Source of the DNA: Ginglymostoma cirratum
Lineage: Eukaryota
Reading direction: 5' to 3'
NCBI GenBank assembly: GCA_024137785.1
Contig: JAHRHZ010000029.1
Span: forward strand, 15,578,725-15,642,724
Length of the DNA stretch: 64,000 bases
Below the pieces are notes generated by a model. The model was not told the origin of the DNA and did not search any database. It saw nothing but the letters and a program-made list of their open reading frames with translations. Made by a program: the position numbers and the translations under genes. Every line of letters begins with the position of its first letter. Position 1 is the stretch's first letter. Below, one piece after another: positions 56,601 through 64,000 of this stretch.

Positions 56601-58717
56601 AAATGGTACTATTTTGTAGGGAGCAGCACGTTTAGAGCTATTGCTTACTAGACAATCAACCCATCAATCCAACTGGTAAAACTTTGATCTCAGCAAAACG
56701 TTTTAAGTCCCAGATCTGCGCAATATTCAGAACCCAGTCTGGATAAAATGCGAGCAAGGTTATCTTTGTTCATTATATCAAAAGGCAGAAATCTTCTCTT
56801 TCTAATGAGACACACTTTAATTTTCACACATTCCTGTTCCCTAATGGGGTGACATTGGAAACAGTCATAAGTTACTTGTGGGCCACCAAATTCTGTCAGA
56901 GACTGGAACATAATACATGGAGAGGAGAGGAAAATTATTTATTCTGAACTCCAATGTTTCACAGGTGAAACGTTTGTAGTTACAGAAATTGGGAGCTTGT
57001 AAACTTTGGCAAGGTTCAAGAAGGGGGAAAGTAAATTTAACAAAGATTTATTGACAATGCTGTGGAGGTAGGGTCCTGGTCCTTGGCCTCCCTGTTACAT
57101 TTTGAAATCTTGTATTGTTGGGAGGAATTGTAGCCTGCTGATAATCCACACTTTTCTGATCAGGAAATGTATTTTTTTTAATCGCAATTCTCAGTTGTTT
57201 TCTATAATGAGCACATGCCTTTCATAAATTTCCAACTTCTGACGAAAAGTCGTAAGGAGACTCCATTTAAAAGTAACATCATCAATAGAGTGAAGAATCA
57301 GCTGATCTTCAGTGTTCACCTAAACTACTGGAACAGGCAGATAACTCATGAGAAGTGTGTTACCACCTAGTCTTCTCAATAATACACTGGAGTCTCCATT
57401 AAGCCTTGTTAAACCTTAGAGTAGGGCTTTTCTTTCCACTCGACATAGAGGGCAGCCCATTAAGCTGAGCAAATAATTTCTGGATAATTCAGAAATTGCA
57501 TCTTCTATGAAAGCGTTAGACTTTGCAGCTCCCTTGCATTGTAGTGCTTTGGTGTTTTCCAGTTGCAAATTCATATTTCATTAAAGTTTTCATTCAAATT
57601 CTTTCACAGTGGCAGGACAGTAGTATCAGAGTGGCCCAGCAAATATTTCATTTTCCCTAGATGCTGGAAGCAATGTCAACTGCTGCTCCTTGTGAGACAT
57701 GATCAGTGAAGTAGACCCTATTGTAGGGGGAATTTAAAAATAAAATGGCACAAGTGAGGTCAGACTTTATACAAAATGACTTGGCCACTAAGCTTGAAAT
57801 GCATTACAGTTCTGTAGTGCTGTGTGTATGTGCTACACATAAGCATAACACTAGAATCCTTGGTGTCAGTGATAATGCAGAATGTGTAGCCAATGTCATT
57901 TCTGGGAGAAAAGGCTGTAGAAATTGTATTCAAACCTGCTGTAGACAACTTTAGCTGACTGCAATAATAAGTTGCTCTGCATAGGAATATGCAAACCACA
58001 ACTGAAGAGTTTCTTTTTAAATTATATTAGTGTGAATTAGAAGAGACACAGTTGCTAACGTTCTAATATTTATGTTAAAATGCATGCGTCTGCCTAGTAC
58101 AAACACTTAGTTCTCACCAAGTAAACTTTCAGACTGTAATTGCACCCTTCAGCTATATGCTCTTGCATTGTAAGTGGCAAGAATTTGTAGACCTCTAATA
58201 TGCTATTACACTTAATTTCTGTTAAAGATGTTACATAAGAATTTATCATCAAAATCTAGAAACAAGAAGAGAATGTACAAACTGCACAGGAATATGCCTA
58301 GTCTAGTTATCTCTATCACTCTAACCCCACATCAGCTAAGGATCACTTTTTTCCATTTGGAGTGCTTCACTCTTTAGGAAATCAACAGTATATTGGTTTA
58401 TTTATAATCAACTTGCACTAAAGGTTTTTAATGTTGTTGGTTTTGAGCAATATGCACATCTGTAATGTGTTAACAAATTAAATTTATGTTCTCACTAACC
58501 TTGTATGATTTTGCTGCACTCGTAACTGTCCATCTTACCCCACAGGGAAGAACACATTACAGCACTGATGTCAATGAGAGGTGATGCCAGCAGGGAAATG
58601 AAACAGACAGTCATTGAGATTTTGTGGCAAAACCCAACTCAACCTGGTCCTAATTTTAAGCCAATCTTCAAAGATATTTCAGTACAAAATCTATCATTGT
58701 CAAAATTAGTCAAGTAA
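35536..58717 (+). CDS. EXOC3: EXOC3 (exocyst complex component 3, Sec6), complete CDS span, 12 coding exons, 747 aa
   Basis: Exon lengths 144+220+682+118+126+101+111+157+123+162+128+172 = 2244 nt, all introns GT-AG, continuous frame; N-terminus [40 protein letters not shown]. Confidence 0.96.
35973..36005 (+). promoter_or_regulatory. Candidate CTCF site with upstream (U) motif
   Basis: TGCAGTGCA-atgac-TCCGCTGCAGGTGGCGCTG: core CAGGTGGCGC plus TGCAG module at 5-bp spacing. Confidence 0.55.
37247..37466 (+). CDS. EXOC3: EXOC3 coding exon 2
   Basis: [17 protein letters not shown]...ENLKNIFS, 220 nt, AG/GT. Confidence 0.95.
38470..39260 (-). mobile_element. L2-type LINE remnant
   Basis: Similar to 5850-6180 (CTCTGACCTG..GGTCCAATTAAGTTTCT..GATTCAGC). 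Confidence 0.5.
39265..39940 (-). mobile_element. CR1 LINE 3' end
   Basis: Minus [24 protein letters not shown] and CR1 tail. Confidence 0.8.
40176..40466 (+). mobile_element. Poseidon-type PLE 3' end nested in CR1
   Basis: 12-bp TSD AATTTTTAATTT (40164-40175, 40467-40478); encodes [31 protein letters not shown]. Confidence 0.8.
40389..40432 (+). ncRNA. Minimal type I hammerhead ribozyme motif
   Basis: CUGCA-CUGAUGA-U-GUUACCC-AGCA-GGGUAAU-GAAAC-GUC-UACAG: intact core, 7-bp helix II, helix I 4/5 paired. Confidence 0.75.
43108..43789 (+). CDS. EXOC3: EXOC3 coding exon 3
   Basis: [13 protein letters not shown]...[10 protein letters not shown]...[10 protein letters not shown], 682 nt, AG/GT. 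Confidence 0.96.
44840..45835 (-). mobile_element. Two L2-type 3' remnants
   Basis: TTCATGGGATGTGGGTGTGG..ATTTATTCCCCATCC and AAGCCTTGGTGA motifs. Confidence 0.55.
46100..46217 (+). CDS. EXOC3: EXOC3 coding exon 4
   Basis: [22 protein letters not shown]...YMTTLK, 118 nt, gtgagt donor. Confidence 0.94.
46480..46970 (+). mobile_element. CR1 RT remnant
   Basis: GEPVDVIILDF*KAFDQV-like motif. Confidence 0.6.
47170..47975 (+). mobile_element. SINE/L2 remnants
   Basis: [15 protein letters not shown]-proximal motif and SINE body shared with 63590-63700. Confidence 0.5.
48232..48357 (+). CDS. EXOC3: EXOC3 coding exon 5
   Basis: [18 protein letters not shown]...[12 protein letters not shown], 126 nt. 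Confidence 0.95.
49790..50371 (+). mobile_element. PLE 3' fragment: GIY-YIG C-terminus, pyrimidine-rich UTR, hammerhead
   Basis: [48 protein letters not shown] followed by C/T-rich tract and the same terminus as 2056 and 34543. Confidence 0.88.
50239..50272 (+). ncRNA. Minimal hammerhead ribozyme motif
   Basis: UUU-CUGAUGA-A-GGG-UCUAGG-CCU-GAAAC-GUC-AAG: intact core, short helices. Confidence 0.65.
50642..50742 (+). CDS. EXOC3: EXOC3 coding exon 6
   Basis: [33 protein letters not shown], 101 nt, gtgagt donor. Confidence 0.95.
51020..51325 (-). mobile_element. HE1-type V-SINE
   Basis: TTTGGACTGTGGGAGGAAACCAGAGCAC..GCTGTGAGGCAGCAGTGCTAACCA, inverse of 410-745. Confidence 0.8.
52598..52708 (+). 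CDS. EXOC3: EXOC3 coding exon 7
   Basis: [36 protein letters not shown], 111 nt. Confidence 0.95.
53135..53291 (+). CDS. EXOC3: EXOC3 coding exon 8
   Basis: [10 protein letters not shown]...[14 protein letters not shown], 157 nt. Confidence 0.94.
54097..54219 (+). CDS. EXOC3: EXOC3 coding exon 9
   Basis: [41 protein letters not shown], 123 nt. Confidence 0.95.
54452..54560 (-). mobile_element. Degenerate PLE 3'-end fragment (same family as 20259)
   Basis: Reverse complement GGGTCACTGGACCAGAAACGTTAA..TTCACAGATACCGCCA. Confidence 0.55.
54659..54820 (+). CDS. EXOC3: EXOC3 coding exon 10
   Basis: [25 protein letters not shown]...FLFNKLSA, 162 nt. Confidence 0.95.
56440..56567 (+). CDS. EXOC3: EXOC3 coding exon 11
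   Basis: [42 protein letters not shown], 128 nt. Confidence 0.95.
58546..58717 (+). CDS. EXOC3: EXOC3 last coding exon
   Basis: [24 protein letters not shown]...[18 protein letters not shown] then TAA. Confidence 0.94.
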
Positions 58718-59445
58718 GATGTACATTTTGAAAGTTACTTTATAGTAGGCCTTCACCCCATACAGTTACATTTGAGAGGCATACGGAAAGTGTTACAGAA
58801 AAATTAAGCTCCAGTATTTTTTTTCCCTGGAGTAATTTTTAATGATCATTTGCAAACCTCTCTTCCTTCAAAAATCATTCTTGAATTGTGAAATGAATGA
58901 GCTCTGTTCATGAGATACCAATGTAATTTAATGGGCTCACCTATACTGCTTATAGTATGTCATCTAGGCTGCCCTGTGGCAGCTTAGAGTTCTCAGATAT
59001 TGGATTGCTGGAAGACCATAGCTGTGGTTTCATTATTTTGTTAATTAAAAGGGCTAGACTGTTTTTAATAAACTTATTGATGGCAATTGGGTGCTGCAAG
59101 AAATGTGAGATACAACTGTCATTCATGAGGGGCTACTTTAAATGTATTTTTGCCTTTGTCTTCTGAATTTTTGAGAATAATTAATGCCACATTTTGGAAG
59201 ACAGACAGAATGAGGAATGTATTTTTATGTATGTGCACTTGTACAGAATTTAAGGTATGTTTCCATTAGCAAAATTGATTGGGTTTTGTTGTAGATTTTT
59301 GCATCAGATTTAGATGGTCTGAAGTAAAATGAGTGAACATGTACACCTAACATGAAAAGAAAATCAATATTTAATAATGAACATAAAGATGTTTTTGTGC
59401 AATGGTTGCTTTTTTGACAAGTTCAAGTCTATACAAAGCAAAAAT

Positions 59446-59451
59446 AATAAA
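59446..59451 (+). terminator. Candidate EXOC3 polyadenylation signal (alternative AATAAA at 59067-59072)
   Basis: AATAAA about 730 nt after the stop codon, at the end of an AU-rich UTR-like block. Confidence 0.5.
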
Positions 59452-60084
59452 GCATTGATGCAATGGTTTACAGTGGTTGGCTCTATTTCATGGTATCTTA
59501 GAACTTAATTTAGAAATACATGAAAAGATGTGATCAGTACTTTTTGTTAGGAAAATTGGCCTGCCTCATATGGCAGAGGTATTTGGTGAAGAATGGATTA
59601 GTATCACATTGTCTAGTTGTTTTGAATTGACCATATAGGAATTGTACCTTGGTTTGTTATTTGGAAAGGTGGAGGAGCAAAATGTAACACTTTTTAAACC
59701 TCAGAATTGTTCGTTTTCCCCTCATCTCACCAGGGGAGATCAGTATACCTGGTTTAGGCTAAGAGTATATGGCAAATTCCTTAAAAGTATGGTGAATAGA
59801 ACTTATCAAACTAAGATGGCTGAACCTTTACAGAGCTGGTGATTTCCACAAGTTGGGAGAAATTAATATCCTAAAATCAATAATGGAATGCTTTAAAAAT
59901 AAGAAGAGTTATTGATATCTTTGAAGGAAGAAAGAGAACAGAATGAACTAACTGAAGCTGAAGGCATTCCCTTGAATACAATAAAAGAAAGGAAGCAGAC
60001 ACTTCAGTTAAAATGAAAATCTAACATTATGACAACAGATTTTTACCATCAGACATTTATTTAAATTGAATTAGTTTTTAATTA

Positions 60085-63000
60085 ATTCACAGGGATATTG
60101 TTATTGCTGGGAAGACAAACTTTCATTGTCCTTGAAGAGGTGTTGATGAATTGCCAGGCCCTTTGAGGCACAAGTGTCACCCACGTTGCTGTGGTTCTTA
60201 AATCACAAACCAGCTGAAGGCAGATTTTTTTTTCCCTAAAGGATATTTGTAAACAGAGATAACAAGGCATGGGGCTGGATGAACACAGCAGGCCAAGCAG
60301 CAGCATAGGAGCAGGAAAGCTTGACGTTTCGGGCCTAGACCCTTCTATTTGTAAACATTTGTTTTTACAACAATCCAGCAGATACATGATCACAGTCATT
60401 GATACTAGCTTTTTAATTTGTGCATGAGTGTATTACTGACAGGGCTAGCATTGTTATTCATCCCTAATTGCACTTGAGAAGGTGGTGGTGAGCTAAATTC
60501 TTGAATCACTAATACTTATAGGTACACTTATGGTACTGTGATGAAATTCCAGGATTTTCACCCAGTGACAGTGAGGGAGGAGTAACATATTTCCATAGCA
60601 GGATGACAGTGTCAATACAGAACTACAGCACAGCAAAAGGTCCTTGGGTCAATCAAAAACAACACCCAACTATTCAAATCCTATTTTCCAACATTGCCCC
60701 CAGAGCCTTGTATGCTTTGCTATCACAAGTGCACATCTAAATATTTATTAAATGTTGTGTGGGCTTCTATGTCTACCAACTTTACAGGCAGTGAGTGCCA
60801 GATTCCCACCATTCTTTGAAAAATATTTTCCTCACATCTCTAAACCTCCACTTACCTTGAATTTATGCCCCTGGTCATTGTTCCTTCCATCATTGGGAAA
60901 AGTTTCTTGTCTACCTTATCTATACCCCTCATAACTTCTTATATGTCTATAAGAAGACAAAGGAAGAGTAGGCCTGCCATGACACAGAATAGGATGGCTG
61001 ATCTGACATTTCTCATGTCCACGTTCCTGCATTTTCCCTGCTACCCTGGATTACCCCTACTCACCAAGATTCTATCTATCCCAGCCTTAAATATATACAA
61101 CGACTCTGCCCTCACAGCTCTCAGAAGAAATTCCTCCTCATCTCAGTCTTAAATTGGTACTCCTTATTCTGAGTTATGCCCTCTGGTCCTAGACTCTTCC
61201 CATGAGGGGATACATCCTCTCAGCATTTACCCTTCAAGCCTCTTAAGAATCCTATATCTTTCAATGAGATCATCTCTTATTCTTTTAAGCTCCAATCAGT
61301 AGAGCCCTAATCTGTTCAGTCTTTGCTACAAGAGAATCTTTCCGTACTAGGAATCATCCTACTGAACCTCTATCAATCAGGTCCACTCAGCTCCAAAGAG
61401 TCAGTGCATTAGCAACTTATGGTACACTTTGGCAACCCATTCACCAGTGACAACCAAGGGACTGTTTCATCTTGGATACTGAACTTTGTTGTTACAGTTG
61501 CACTCATACAGACAGGCATGAAGCATTTCATTGTATTCCTGACTTGTCTGGTAGATAGTGCACAGACTGTAGCAAGGGACGTGTTACTTCAGAATTCCCT
61601 GCCTCTTGACCTGTTTTTGTTGCTCTGGTGTGGCTGATTCAGAGCAATGTTTTTAAGCTGGAGATTAAGTGTCTCATGTTGGAGATAGTTACTGCCTTTT
61701 CCTTGTGTGGCACAGATGTTACTGACACACAACCTGTGAACATTTCATTTCCAACTTTATCATCGTGGGATGACTATAAACAAAGCAGCTAAAGATGCTT
61801 CAGTCTGGACACTGCTATTGTTGATTATCTAAAATAAAGTTCTTAGCTGCTGTGTTTGACCATGGCAGGTTACACCAAGTGGCAGAATCAGACAGAGTCA
61901 TCATGGATTCACAAAAAGCAAATCATATTTGATAAATATACCGGAATTCTTCAAGGCAGTAACTCGGGGTTGATGAGAGGGAGCCAACAGATGTGGTTTA
62001 TTTGTAAAAAGTCTTCTGAAAGTCCAAGAGATGAGCGTGTAAAATTAAAGTACATAGGGTTGGGGCGAGGGGGAGTGTAGTGTATGAAGATGGATCACGA
62101 ACGGGTTGGCAGACAGGAAACAACGAGTAGGAATAAATATGTGGTTTTCTCAATGACAGACAGTAACTAGTAGGGTACTGGCAGGAACAGTGCTCGGACT
62201 CCACCATTCACAACATTGATTTGGATGAGGAAACTAAATGTAATATCTTCAAATTTGCAGATGATACAAAGCTGCCTGGAAGGGTGAGGTGGGAGGAGAA
62301 TGCAGAGATGCTTCAGTGTGATCTGAACAAGCTGAATTAGTGGGCAAATATATGATAAATTTTATTACTGTATTTGCCAATGTGACATTATCCACTTTAG
62401 GAAGAAAAGAAATGGAGATGCAGATTATCCATACAGCAACAGGACATGGGTGTCCTTGTACACTAGTCATAAAGTAAGCATGTTGGTGAAGAAGATAAAT
62501 GGTATGTTGGCCATCATAGTGAGAGGATATGAGTACAGGAGCCAGGATGTCTTGGTGTGATTACACAGGGCTTTGGTGAGACCACGCCTGGTATTTTGTG
62601 TGCAGATTTGATCTTCGCTGAAGAAGGATGTCCTTGCTATAGAGGGAATGCAGAGACTGACATATGAGAAGAGGTTGAATCAGTTAGGATTATATTCACT
62701 GGATTTCAGAAAAACAAAGGGAGAATCTCATAGAAACCTATAAAACTGTAACAGGATGAGACAGGGTTGATGTAGGATGTTTTGGATGACAGGAGAGTCC
62801 AGAACCAAAGGTCACAGTCTATGAAACTGGGTATAGACCGTAATCTATAGAAGCAGAATTAAGCCATTCAGCCCATCATGTATGCTCCAGCAATCAATTG
62901 CGGCAGACATGTTTCTCAACCCCATTTTCCTGATTACTCTGATATCTGTCTTAAATACACTCAATGACTTGGCCTCCACAGCCTTCTGCAGCAAAGAGTT

Positions 63001-63800
63001 CTACAGATTCACCAGGCTCTGGCTGAAGAAATTCCTCATCTCAGTTCTAAAAAGGTCATCCTTTCAGTCTGAGGCTTTGGCCTCCAGTACTAGTCTCTCC
63101 TACTAGTGGAAAAATCTTCTCTACGTACACTCTACCTAGGCTATCCAACTCCTTGTTCAAATGATAGTGTTTTGATCTTGACTGCTTTCTGTGGCTGAGA
63201 ATTCCACAGGCTCACCACTCTCTGGGAGAAGAAATTTCTTCTCATCTCAGTCCTAAATGGTTTAAACTAAACAGTGGGGTGGGCTCAGTTACATGAAAAG
63301 TTGTGGAAATGTTAAGGCAGGATGGGGGGAGTTCAGTGGAGGTTATTGAAGTTTCCAGAACAAGTAGGAAGACAGAGTTTGGAAGGGGCCAGGAATGTAA
63401 CTTCAGGCACAACCAAGAAAGGGGCAGTCTATGTAGGACTGAGAGTTTTGTACTTAAGTGCATGCAATATACGAACAAGGCAAATGAGCTTCTAGCGCAG
63501 ATTGAAATCGGCAGGGAAAACGTTTAGGGTTTCCCACACTGGTGGATGGTGGAATTCGAATTCAATAAAAATCTGGAATTAACAGTCAAATGATGACCAC
63601 AAAGCTGGTTGTCGGGAAAAGCCCATCTGGTTCACTAATTTCGTTTAAGGAAGGAAACTGCCATCCTTACCAGGTCTGGCCTACGTGTGACTCCACACCC
63701 ACAGCAATGTGCTTAACTCTTAAGAGCCCTCTGGATAATTAGGGACGGACAATAAAAGGTGGCCTAGTCAGTGATGCCTTTGTCCTGTAACTGAATTTCA
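60085..63800. mobile_element. Intergenic cluster of L2, CR1 and SINE remnants (CR1 RT + at about 61830-62830; CR1 3' ends - at about 60615-61370 and 62840-63270; SINE + at 63530-63800)
   Basis: KFADDTKL motif at about 62250-62275, NKANELLAQIE CR1 endonuclease start, CR1 tails. Confidence 0.7.
60256..60345 (-). mobile_element. 90-bp PLE end insertion
   Basis: 12-bp TSD TATTTGTAAACA (60244-60255, 60346-60357); same family as 2056 and 34543. Confidence 0.85.
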
Positions 63801-64000
63801 AAAAGCAGTGTAATACTGACCGTACAATTTTCAAAGGGTGAATCTTCCAAAAATGCAAACTTTTAAATCCATTACGTACATCTTTAAAAAAACAATTACA
63901 CATTCCACATACAACTTAAAGAAACTATAAATTTTCCTTACAGTAGTGCTCTGGGTCAAAGATTACCGTGCCTAAACAAAAAGATTTATGATTGTATTTC

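Noticed and set aside
56568-58545. Possible U12-type intron (CATCTTACCC near the acceptor)
   Set aside because: The donor is GTTAGA, not GTATCCT; ordinary U2 intron
63800-64000. Possible 3' UTR of a convergent downstream gene (SLC9A3 expected by synteny)
   Set aside because: No coding sequence in the window to support it
1-64000. CRISPR arrays, rRNA, snoRNA or prokaryotic systems
   Set aside because: Vertebrate intron-exon DNA; no spaced direct-repeat arrays or convincing C/D or H/ACA structures seen

Overview
Eukaryotic genomic DNA from a cartilaginous fish. This is inferred from shark-type HE1/V-SINE, Deu-SINE, CR1, L2 and Penelope-like repeats. Two spliced genes lie on the + strand. (1) The 3' part of AHRR (aryl hydrocarbon receptor repressor): 7 coding exons at 3139-23959 encoding 677 aa in one open frame; the bHLH exons lie upstream of the window. 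(2) The complete EXOC3/Sec6 CDS: 12 coding exons at 35536-58717 encoding 747 aa, with a CpG-rich promoter at about 30.0-30.5 kb. The main finding is that this AHRR keeps two in-frame exons (107 and 142 nt) encoding an AHR-like PAS-B ligand-binding domain, which mammalian and teleost AHRRs are described as lacking, although the last beta-strand and several pocket residues have degenerated. The introns hold at least three Penelope-like retroelement (PLE) families carrying minimal hammerhead ribozyme motifs. One insertion is a 60-bp fold-back, and another has captured a 177-bp inverted copy of adjacent host DNA. Exon coordinates were read base by base. Repeat boundaries are approximate unless a target-site duplication (TSD) is quoted. 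Comparisons with human and mouse proteins are from memory, not from a database search.
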